A stretch of 20,000 nt of DNA. It comes from Catajapyx aquilonaris. Its lineage: Eukaryota. The notes under the pieces were generated by a model that was given only the letters and a program-made list of their open reading frames with translations, had not been told where the DNA came from and did no database searches. Made by a program: the position numbers and the translations under genes. Numbering within the stretch: position 1 is the stretch's first letter; every line of letters starts with the position of its first letter. Where the stretch lies: positions 170,560-190,559 of the forward strand of contig KZ538100.1 of the NCBI GenBank assembly GCA_000934665.2, in the 5' to 3' direction. This document shows, one piece after another, positions 10,808 through 20,000 of this stretch.

Positions 10808-12845
10808 CCCCCCAGCAGACCAGGGTGGTTCCAATATTATTTTGACGGTGGCCGGCTGGGAGTGTCGACGGAGTTGAAACGCGATTTAAGTGACACCAAT
10901 GATCCCTGTGGTCAATAAGAGGGGGGGCCCACTGGCCAGCAGCTGTGCGACCCTATATAACCCCCCCCCNTAACCCCCCCCCCCCTCTCACAACTTTTCT
11001 GGGGGTGTCTAGCTTTCGCGAATCCGGAGACCCCCACTTTGCCCTTTATTCACTCCCCCCTCATTCCTTCCAAGAGGGCCCGGAGACATATATACGGGAC
11101 CCGGTGACTCCCGGATATATATCACTTCGGCCGGTCTTTACCCGACCTTGCACTTCTCCTTTTGGCCAAAATGTCCTCCCCGCCAATATAACGGAGCAGT
11201 CACCCTTTCTCTGCTTTTTTTGCAGGTGACGCGAGGGTCCCCCTCATCCTTGTCTAGTAATCGCCTTTTGACAAATTGTAAGCTGTAAGTCACATTAATA
11301 TGAACTCGAATGGCTTTACAATAGTATATTTGGGTCCGGTCATAAAAAGAATCAGGGGGTCCCCTCTCTTTGGTCTCTTACACTTTTTTTTTTCCATGTG
11401 TGGCACCTCCTCTGGTGCGTGGAATTGCATGGCTCCTGGGGATCTGGTTCCGGAGCCATCGCCGATGGGAAAGCCCAACAACAAACTCCCCCCTGGCTGC
11501 TACAGTTTCCAAACGGTTCCAACCCCCGCCCCACAGTAACCAACAATCAATTCGACTCGGTCATGCTCTCCCATCGCGGCTCAGATATACAAGCTCAGGA
11601 ATGAGCGGTTGGCTCGCCAATTGAATCAGTCATTGAAGAAACGGGGGCATAAGTCACCCAGTAATTAATGGTCGGGAAAGGTTGCCCGACCAGTTGGCGA
11701 AAATATGTACAGGAATTTCACCAAACAGGCCTGAAATTAGAGTATCACCAACAAAAATTTTACCTCACTCTTTATAGAGCGACACTTGCACTCGACCTTT
11801 TGCTTTTTTCTGAAAGGAACGATTAAGTATTCTGAACCATATGGTCAGCAATTGTAGCAAATGGAGGGTCTCCAAATTTTGTTTTTGTAGTCAGCGGTCC
11901 TTTTAGTCCCCCCCTGTCATTGTTGCCGATGTAATTCGGGGCGGAAGTGCTCCGGTTTTGAAAAGTGGACTGGTTTTTCAGTTGAGAATTCGGGCCCCCC
12001 CTTGTTGCCTTTTTTTTCGTTTGTCTCCCCCCCATCAGTCCTCCTCTTCAGCACCTTGACCTGAAAGTCGCTGACCGGGCGTAAAATTCGTCCATTGACC
12101 GGTTGGAAAAACTCCCCGTGCGCCATTCGCTGCGTGTGTTTGGAAATTCATCCGGATTTGCCCAACCGCTGCCGACCAATTAATCCACTCTGTCGGACAC
12201 CAATGGGCACACAAGTCGAGAGGACCAGAGCAAAGCACATGCTTATAGAAGCTGCCCTTTTGAGACACCCTGCACACTTGGCCCAATATCAGCAACTAAT
12301 AATGGAAAATGGTGAAGCATTGTCCAAAAGGTGTAAATCAGCTAATCGAATGCTGCTTCGACAAATTGCTTCTTTGGGTATATGAACAATCCTCCATTTG
12401 CCTGGGGCTTGTATATATCCCTCCCAGGATATATATTTTTTTCCGCGCAGTCATTCCGGGTGTGTGTGTAAGAGAGAAAGGTCCAGAGCTGCAGCAGCCC
12501 TCGTTTTGGCGATTGGGTGTAACTGCTCTTTAATGTGTTGACCAAATGCTGCTCTCTTATCGCCAACAAAAAGGGTCTATATTTGCTTTTGTGCTGTGGG
12601 ATGAAGAATCCTGGCTTGGCTTTGCTGCTGCAGCATCACACATGTATAGCCCAAAAAGGGGGAGGGTGAGTGGGGGGATGGACACCCCCCCCTCCCCCCA
12701 TCCAGTGTTTAGCTGGATCAGAGGGGATGGGGCATCCAAAAGAGCTTTTTTACTCGGCAATGGAAGGCAGTTGGGGAAAATAGAATCGGCGGCGGCGGAT
12801 CCCAAAGCCGGCGTCGTTTGCGTCGAGGCTGCTGGATGCTGCTGG

Positions 12846-12866
12846 GGAGGAGGAGGAGGAGGAGGA
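12846..12866. repeat. (GGA)7 microsatellite
   Basis: Direct reading. Confidence 0.92.
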
Positions 12867-13025
12867 GAGAGGAAAATGGGGGAGGATGAAAACCCAAACC
12901 CCTTGATGAAGCATAATCTGGCGCTTTCCAGACAGCAGTGTGCAGGAAACAGTAGAGGAGTAGTATAGTGTATAGCAAGCAGCACCAGAAAGGATTCCGC
13001 GCCAGCAGAAAATGCCCTTTATATA

Positions 13026-13666
13026 CGCACACAGGGTGTTTCGTAACGAATGGGTCCATCGGGTGTACTCCTGGGCATCAGCGGATCACTTTATGTAGAG
13101 GTGTTTCTTGGGCTCCGAAGCCTCATTACCAAGATAATGATGCATCCTGGAAAGTTTGCAACCAACCATACACTAAGAGCTTCTTTGCTGGTCTAGTATA
13201 CCCACGGCATAATTACAGAAAAAGTAGGCGGTGACCTCTGGTCCTCCAGACCCCATGAGCGATCTGATTGGTGGAGCGGAGGTCGGGGGGCCTTTGCTCC
13301 ACCAATCAGAATGATGGGTACAGTGCGGTCCATAAGAATTGCTCTGTTGAAACCCTACTGCAGGCTATATTGCGTAGCACAGAAGTCGTAATATTGCCTT
13401 TTTTTGAGAAGTTAGGCTGTGAGTATAGTTATGAATGTGGGAAAGATGCACGACTTTCCAATAGTTCAATACACACCACAGATTCTATGAGAATGGGCGT
13501 CGATCCAGCCATCAGTAGTTTATGTGTATAGTCGGGCGCAAACTACGAGCCAATTATCTGAGTAACTAATCGACGTAGAGTGGATGACGCCTGAACACAA
13601 AGTGATCCTCTGACTCCCAGGAAGAGAACCCGTTTGTCTGAATCGTAATGAAACACCCTGTGTGTG
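13026..13666. mobile_element. ~640-bp Tc1/mariner-type non-autonomous element with long decayed TIRs (foldback-like MITE)
   Basis: Ends TA|CGCACACAGGGTGTTTCGTAACGAAT and AATCGTAATGAAACACCCTGTGTGTG|TA, with a CAGGGTGT core at 13032 and 13660. Inverted similarity continues inward: CTGGGCATCAGCGGATCACTTTATGT vs CTGGGAGTCAGAGGATCACTTTGTGT; TTACCAAGATAAT vs TTACTCAGATAAT; AGTTTGCAACCAACCATACAC vs AGTTTGCGCCCGACTATACAC. It extends to roughly 13210/13485. No transposase ORF. Confidence 0.85.
13263..13310. repeat. 22-bp hairpin inside the foldback MITE
   Basis: TCTGATTGGTGGAGC-GGAGGTC / loop GGGG / GGCCTTT-GCTCCACCAATCAGA: 15 perfect pairs plus 7 further pairs, 3 of them G-T. Confidence 0.9.
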
Positions 13667-13840
13667 TAGGAGGGAGGGGGGTATTCCCCAAAAACGGCTG
13701 CATCCATTCCCATCCCCGCTTTGGTGTCCTGGCAGCCCGTTCCCCGTCCAATTAAACCTCGCCTTTCGATAAGGCTGTCACTTCATTATGAGGCTGAGGA
13801 ATCATAACGAGCTATCAAAGCCAACTAGGCGCGATTATCT

Positions 13841-13886
13841 GGTTGGGTTGGTGGGTTTGGTGGGTTTGGTGGGGGGGGGGGGGGNG
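13841..13886 (+). repeat. G-rich tract (GGTGGGTTT units followed by a G14 run); G-quadruplex-forming potential
   Basis: GGTTGGGTTGGTGGGTTTGGTGGGTTTGGTGGGGGGGGGGGGGGnG contains four runs of at least 3 G with short loops. Confidence 0.8.
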
Positions 13887-14546
13887 CTCATCGTGTGACA
13901 TATCCATACAATTGTAATTCCCATCCCGACGCGTGCTCGGCGCCTCTTATCTGGCACAATTACGGCCCCCGGGTTGCCGCCGCCAATGGGGATTTTATGC
14001 AGACTTGATGGCCGTGTGGAGTCTGTGGCGAAACGGGGCCTAGTCCTTTCCCGGACCCACGCCTAATTTCAGAGCGATCATCGCCCGATTACGCATTCCT
14101 TTTTATCGGCCTGCTGGATCCCCAGCTCAGCTCGGCAAAAGCTCCAAGTGGGGGAGAGAGGAGGAGGGAATTGTCCCCCTCCCTCCCTCCCTCCCTCAAC
14201 AAGCTACAGCAGCATCCCCCCCAGCTTGTCAGGCCGCAGCATCACCGATGCCAAGTGCCAACCTAACCAGTACGACTACTGCAATTTTGCCAAATTCACT
14301 CTCCATTCCTGCGGTCTGCCCTACACAAACAAGTCCCTGACATCATTTGCATACCGGAAAACCCTGCCTCCTGAGTTTTTTTTTGTGGTTCACCCTGGGG
14401 GTTATTATGGGGGGGACATTATGGTATGCCGCTAACTTCATGCACACGCCAGGCATCAATTTTCTTACGTGGCTTAAAACGCACAGGTTTGTGGCTATAC
14501 TGACATACCCTCATCTCATAGGTGTGCAGTAATGTTTTGTGCAATA

Positions 14547-14994
14547 TCTTACATACCGTCAAACGGGGTGAGATTGTGCCAGGTGGGGTGAGATTGTGCC
14601 TGCGCATTTTTGGACAGCAGTGCGCCCTACTGGCAGAAAGCGACTTTAGGCATGTTTTACTACATTGCAGGATAGTCGAGGCTGGCAATGACTAGTAAAT
14701 TCGCCGTAGGGGGCACTTGGCACCATCTCGCCCCGTTTGACGGTATATATAAAGCAGAAAGTTTGTTAGTATGTCACGGCTACCTAACCCTCTTTCGGAC
14801 TACTGAGAGTGCTGAAACTTGGCACACTGGCGTCTTATAGGGCTGAACCGGCTGTTTCAGGGAAAGGCCGGTCCGAAAACTGAACTTATTTTGAGTCTAA
14901 ATACCCAAAATTTAGAATTTTTTGTTTGGTGTCGCATCTTGAGGCACAGAGTACTTTTTTAAATCGCCCGTGCGAAGAACGGGTCCCCTGCTAG
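14547..14994 (+). mobile_element. Non-autonomous Helitron (rolling-circle transposon), copy A, interrupted by a MITE
   Basis: Starts TC (14547) after host A and ends CTAG (14991-14994) before host T, with no TSD. Subterminal hairpin CCCGT-GCGAAGA-ACGGG at 14967-14983. The body aligns with the copy at 18377-18953 (shared CTTTCGGACTACTGAGAGTGCTnAAACTTGG, GTCCGAAAACT, AGTCTAAATACCCnAAATTTAGAATTTTT, CCGTGCGAAGAA, GTCCCCTGCTAGTC). It is 258 bp after removing the nested MITE and one TA. Confidence 0.88.
14556..14743. mobile_element. 188-bp MITE, TA-targeting (Tc1/mariner/pogo-type), nested in the 5' end of Helitron copy A
   Basis: TA on both sides (14554-55, 14744-45). 25-bp TIRs: CCGTCAAACGGGGTGAGATTGTGCC vs reverse complement of the right end CCGTCAAACGGGGCGAGATGGTGCC (2 mismatches). 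The 16-mer GGGGTGAGATTGTGCC is duplicated at the left end (14565-80, 14585-600). Removing it restores a Helitron 5' end (TCTTACATATATATAAAGCAGAAAGTTTGT) matching copy B. Confidence 0.92.
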
Positions 14995-17610
14995 TCTTAT
15001 GTAAGCTCGTAGTGAAACGGAATGAAAGCAACAGTTCGCCCGAAGCGATTTCGCAACAAGGTGGCAGGCTTGCGGGGAAAGCAAGGAGAGACTCGAGTGG
15101 TGTTTGGTGGTGGTGGTGATGTAAAGGAATGGGAGGGTGTGAGATAGGCTTGATGGTGCGGTTGGGTTGGTCCTGGGCTATATATATTCGGGGCTCTGAA
15201 ATCGGATGGGAGCCATTGGGCTAAAGGATAAGAGGGCCTCTCGGCTCTGAGAAAATAGTTCTGTCTGCCGGAGACTATATCCGGGCCCATTCCTGTCCAC
15301 AACCCCGGACAAAAAGGGAGCAGAGGCACCTCATTCCCACCCGTTCCTCTCTCAGTGTGCTTTGGGATGCTGCATCCTTGCTTCCGGACAGAGTTTGTCT
15401 GTTGATTTACTCCAAAGGTTTTGCAGGGGGGGGTCCTTGACGTATATGAAATGTGTTTTGCGGGGTGTGCCAGCAGCAGCTGGGGGGTAGTGTCCCGAGC
15501 ACTGGGGGCACGTGTCTTCAGGTCGGACTTGAGGTGGAGGCAGCAGCATGAAGGGGGCATGCAGCAGATTGCGTCGGATGGCCCCTTTCCCGGAGAATAG
15601 AGCCGAGTATAAAGGCAATTTATCTGCAGGCGCCTGAGGGGGGATGATTTATGTGGATGACTTGTTGGTGGTTGGTGGCCGCCAGCAGCAGGGTGGGTGG
15701 GTAGAAAGCAGAAGCCAAGGATCACTTGACGCTTATTCCGCCTTGGGCTGCTTGCTTGAAGGATAATACACGACAGAAAAGAAGAAGAAGAAGAGTGCCG
15801 GGCACGTTCCCCTCCCGGATTTTTGCGTCCAGATCCGTAGGTGCGCGACAAAAGGCCGCTGCGATGTGACAAAAGAGCAGTGCAGGGATGGACGTGGAGG
15901 GGGCCAAAGGCTGACTTGCAGTCCTTTCTGGCTGCCTCCCAGGAGGGCCCCCTTTTTCCTCTTGCACAAGCACAAGCTGAGCAATTTCACACTTGGACGA
16001 GGCCCGAGCCATGGGATTGGCTGCCACCGTCTTCTCCCAGATGTCCCGTGCTCACCTCTACGTCCTAATACACACCATCCACGGTCAAAGGAGACCTCCT
16101 ACCTTCTTCCGGACCTTTAAATAAATATACCTTGGGCCTCCAAATTGCCGTCTTTCAAAAGCCGGCATATGGCCTGCGACCTGCCCGCAAAAGCAACCAA
16201 AAAGATTCCTTCGCCCATTAAGGCCTGAAATATCGGTGGCACGATGACACGCTCAGTTAGCTTCATTCACAACAAACGCTTCCTGGCCCCCTCTGCACAT
16301 ATTCATGGGAGCCATCTATATATACGGTCCAACCGACGGATCTTTCATTCTATATATGCTCAGCTCTCCGGATGTTACTATTACTGCACAAAATTATGCA
16401 CGGTACAGATGCTTCTTTTCATCTTTAACGATGTGACCCACAATTTTTTGCATAGTGTATGTTCAACCAAATTAATCTCGTGAAATGATAAACTGCAATA
16501 TTTTTCGGGTATCAAGCTCAAATATTTCTCATTTTGAGTGATCTGCTCAGCTGCAGCCGGTTAGCACCCACTCCTATATACTCAACAGAATTATTTCAAG
16601 TACCGTAATTTTCGGTCTATTTTGTTAAATATTTACTTGGTAGACATAAATGTGAAAATTGAGCTATAGTCAAGCCCACTCGCCTATTAATTTATCTTAA
16701 ACATGGAAGGGGTGGGCAATAAGGCCCAGCAATCTTGTATGTTTTTCTCGAAATGTTCGACCCCTCGTCACGAATCATTACAATTTCAAATGAAGACTGT
16801 ACAGAGAAAAACACTTGGGACATGATGGCAGTGAGGATCATAAAGTTTCTTCACTATAGATATCTTGTAGTAAGTTGTTCGGTGTTATGCAGTCCATAGC
16901 ATTTAAAAAAAAACTTAGTAGGAAGCACAGAAGCAAAGACTCATACACACATCCTAATGTCAGCATGATTGATTGTGATTAAAGTCAGCTAACCCAATCG
17001 GGAAGAGTTGCATTTGTCCGTATGCGTATTTTCAGATTTGTCACGTTATCCATTCAAGTGACAAACTTCGTGACAACCCATCCACCCAGCATATGGCACA
17101 CCCATGTCGTGAGCACGGCCACTAGTTCGCACATGGACATGCACACCCGGAATGACAAATGAATCTGGAAAGAAAAGGGGTCACAAAACACTTGCACAAA
17201 ATTGCCAACCCTTTTCTATTATATATAATATTGTTATTATTATTCGCCCATCATGTGTAAGTGCTTGAACCAGTTTTTTTTTCTCATTCTTTTCTCTCTC
17301 TTGAATCGACCGCCATTTTGGGACATGCTCTCAGCAAAACAGCATCGCGCATCTGCATCCGAAAGAGCGCTGTATAGTCCGTCCCCCTTTTGTCGCCCCC
17401 CTCCTTTTTACTTTTTTCGCGCCATTTTGTCCCGTCCGGGCAGAGATCCGGACCTATTTATTTCCTCCGGTGGTGTTCACAAATCCCCAATAAATTGTCC
17501 GGGCTTGAATGAGCGCTACCAAGATAAATGGCGTCGCGATGCCCGTGTCACTTCATCCCCTCCATTGACGCCCTTTAGCCTGTCCCCCCCACCCTTTTTG
17601 CCCATCGTGA

Positions 17611-17630
17611 CACACACACACACACACACA
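17611..17630. repeat. (CA)10 microsatellite
   Basis: Direct reading. Confidence 0.95.
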
Positions 17631-17761
17631 GAGCGACAAGGGGGTATAGGAAGCATCGGAGGATTGAATGGGCCAATAAAATGCTGGCTGGATTTGTATG
17701 GAGACGAGGGGGCCCATCCAGCAGCTGGGATCCACCGTCCGATCCGTCACGGCAGACCTGC

Positions 17762-17777
17762 TGTGTGTGTGTGTGTG
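17762..17777. repeat. (TG)8 microsatellite
   Basis: Direct reading. Confidence 0.92.
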
Positions 17778-18376
17778 TCTCCGTGATACCTTTGGGCCTC
17801 TCTTCTCCTATATATCCCCCCCTGATGCCTTTTCTTTCTTTGACCTGTACCAGGATGGATGTGGAGGTGGGGTGACCCCCCTCTTCCCTAAGGGGGATGT
17901 ATAGCCCTGCTGCTGGATGGCGGGGACCACCACTCGAAGAAAGGGCCACTTTTCAACTTAATTGGGACAAATAGCGACCCCGACACAAAGGACGAGGTGA
18001 CATTAACACCGATATTGACTGTATAAGCAACTGAAGCGTGGATTAGTTGGGCAGAAGGGGAGGGAGGGCATTGTTGGTGATGCCTATATATATGCGACCT
18101 ACACACATTGTGCGTGTATATAATATGTGATGGTCGTGAGGAGGAATAGCATTAGGATCATCCGGGAAAAATCCGTTATACCGACACTATTGTTGTTGGC
18201 AAGTTTAGTATGCAACTGTTTATAAGTGAAGCTAGAAAGTTGGTCGAGAAGTGCCATTATGTTTAAGAAGTCGTATAGGCCTATGTTATAATTTTTGATA
18301 TTTAATTCGCATAAAGTGTGGTTGGAGGTCTTCTTCGGAAATTAACCAATGGCCTTATCAACATTTCTGCGACACA

Positions 18377-18953
18377 TCTGACATAATATATAATATAAAG
18401 CAAAAAGTTTGTTGGTGTGTACGTCATGTCTGCCTATCCCACTTTCGGACTACTGAGAGTGCTTAAACTTGGTACACTCTGGGCACACTAACGTCTTATG
18501 TGCCGCTGATTTAGGGAAAAGTCCGAAAACTTCAATTTTTTAAAAGTCTAAATACCCGAAATTTAGAATTTTTCTTTTGTGTCTCATATTGTGTCACATT
18601 TTTTAAAAATTATTTACAGTATAGAGCGTCGATTATCCGAATACCGATCAACCGAAACGTCGGTTAACCGAAAACGTTCGTGTCCGCAAATTTTGCGCGC
18701 CGTGTCGTTCCGCTTTTAAGACCCGTTTTTACACGTTTTAAAAATGTGTGATACAAAATATACATTTTTGTGTTTAATATCACTATTTCTTTGTTTCATA
18801 TTGCTCATATATGACACTGGTACAAATTTTTCAGCAAATGATCGGTTATCCGAAAAATCAGTTATCCGTACACTCCCAGTCCCCCAATTGCTTCGGATAA
18901 TCGACGCTGTAGTACTGTATTAATAACCGTGCGAAGAATGTGTCCCCTGCTAG
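18377..18953 (+). mobile_element. Non-autonomous Helitron, copy B, interrupted by a MITE
   Basis: A|TCTGACATAATATATAATATAAAGCAAAAAGTTTGT 5' end. The 3' end is CTAG (18950-18953)|T with a decayed hairpin ACCGTGCGAAGAATGTG (18926-18942). Colinear similarity to copy A. It is 274 bp without the nested MITE and one TA. Confidence 0.86.
18617..18917. mobile_element. 301-bp pogo/Tigger-like MITE nested in Helitron copy B
   Basis: TA flanks (18615-16, 18918-19). TIRs: CAGTA-TAGAGCGTCGATTATCCGAA vs reverse complement of the right end CAGTACTACAGCGTCGATTATCCGAA (1 indel, 1 mismatch). Repeated subterminal TTATCCGAA/TTAACCGAA-type motifs at both ends. The segment is absent from Helitron copy A. Confidence 0.92.
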
Positions 18954-20000
18954 TCCGCGTATATATTTTTGCATGCATATACTTTCGATGACACTGTACA
19001 GTACAAGTAAGAGGCCAGGTCCACTTGACACCTTCATCTGAAGCGAAACCCCATCAGAAATAAAAGGAAACGCCACAATTTTTGATGATTTTTTCCCGAG
19101 GTCGTAAAAGTGATAAAGAATCGGGGCGTGTATTACACCATCAGGAAGCGCGATCCTTGCGGATGCTGTCATCTGTAGTGCAGAAGCACAGCATCTTCTG
19201 CACAACCTAACCCTCTTTATATATATACGCTGCTCTTCAATTGCGACCCATCCTATATGTACTGCCATAACTCCAATTGTGCTGCCTTCTGCTGCCTCCC
19301 GTCCATTCCACCCCCCTCTTTTCTTCTCTTTCTTTTTTTCTTATATATTTTATTATTGGGGGAAGTCCACCCACCCTGATCAAGACGTGCCCACCGTGGC
19401 TCATTAGTTCGCTTCAACACACACTTATTTTTTTCTTCTTCTTCCTTTCCTCCAAACCATTCCATTCCTTCTTCACGAGCAGCAGACGTGCAGCAGTGCT
19501 GCTGCACCGGGCCTCCTTCAATGCGCTATTCTCTCCTCTTTTTTTTTTGCAACCTTTTTCTTGCTGACTGGACATGGATGGCATTTCATACTGTGGACCA
19601 ATCATTTCCCAGACCACTGCGCTCTTTTTTAGGAGCCCGGCAATAAATTCTTGCCGTTTATGTGGCTGCGAGCTATAGGATATATACGAACTTACTTGCT
19701 GTATACTGCTGCCTTGTTCAATCTGACATGTGCTGCGAGTTTGCTGGCCATTCAATTTTTGCATGCGGTGCACTTAAACTGCTGTTATGTGGGGGCAGTT
19801 TTGCAGCTGCGTTTATAGTTCAGAGGCGAACCATCCACTCTTTCTTCAGCAGGTGTATATTTGGCGATTTTGGTTCAATCCCACTCTTCATGCAGCCAAC
19901 CTCAGTAGTAGCCCACGGCTTATTACGGAGCCTCATGGAAAAATTCCGCAGTGTCGCCACCGTCTATGCGAGTTTAACATGGGAAAGCGCCACTGCGGCG

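Noticed and set aside
11669..11692. 8-bp hairpin TGGTCGGG/CCCGACCA
   Set aside because: Short, with no supporting context; expected by chance.
2296..13443. Four Su(H)-type YGTGRGAA sites (2296, 3664, 6075, 13436)
   Set aside because: About 2-3 are expected by chance in 20 kb, and they are neither clustered nor paired.
14997..15872. Longest ORF (291 aa, minus strand)
   Set aside because: No recognisable domain, Ser/Pro/Arg-rich, runs through simple repeats and has a non-ATG start; it looks like a chance ORF in GC-rich DNA.
16601..16620. TA-CCGTAATTTTCGGTCTAT, a pogo-like TIR start
   Set aside because: No partner TIR found.
12450..17156. 15-bp inverted match GTCATTCCGGGTGTG (12450-12464) / CACACCCGGAATGAC (17142-17156)
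   Set aside because: A single 15-mer match is within chance expectation for 20 kb and does not extend.
1..20000. Conserved Hox-cluster miRNAs (miR-10, miR-993, iab-4), homeobox exons, CRISPR or other prokaryotic systems
   Set aside because: No matches seen by eye, no regularly spaced repeat-spacer array and no operon-like coding density.

Overview
Non-coding eukaryotic DNA, intergenic or large-intron in character. It is probably animal and plausibly arthropod, inferred from the transposon types and low-complexity style; the species cannot be determined. None of the supplied ORFs resembles a protein family I recognise. I found no tRNA, rRNA, CRISPR array or known miRNA. The supportable structure is mostly short non-autonomous transposons. 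(i) Two copies of one ~260-275 bp Helitron family lie at 14547-14994 and 18377-18953, both with A|TC ... hairpin-CTAG|T ends. Each is interrupted by a different TA-flanked MITE (14556-14743 and 18617-18917). (ii) A ~640 bp Tc1/mariner-type foldback MITE with long decayed TIRs and a 22-bp internal hairpin lies at 13026-13666. (iii) An LTR-like segment with interleaved direct and inverted repeats lies at about 10096-10568. There are also stand-alone hairpins (best: 874-943 and 7803-7894), microsatellites, G/C homopolymer tracts and TAAT-rich patches suggestive of cis-regulatory DNA. I see no convincing new protein-coding system. The best leads are the nested transposons, the paired CTCF-like motifs in one MITE and the pre-miRNA-like hairpins.
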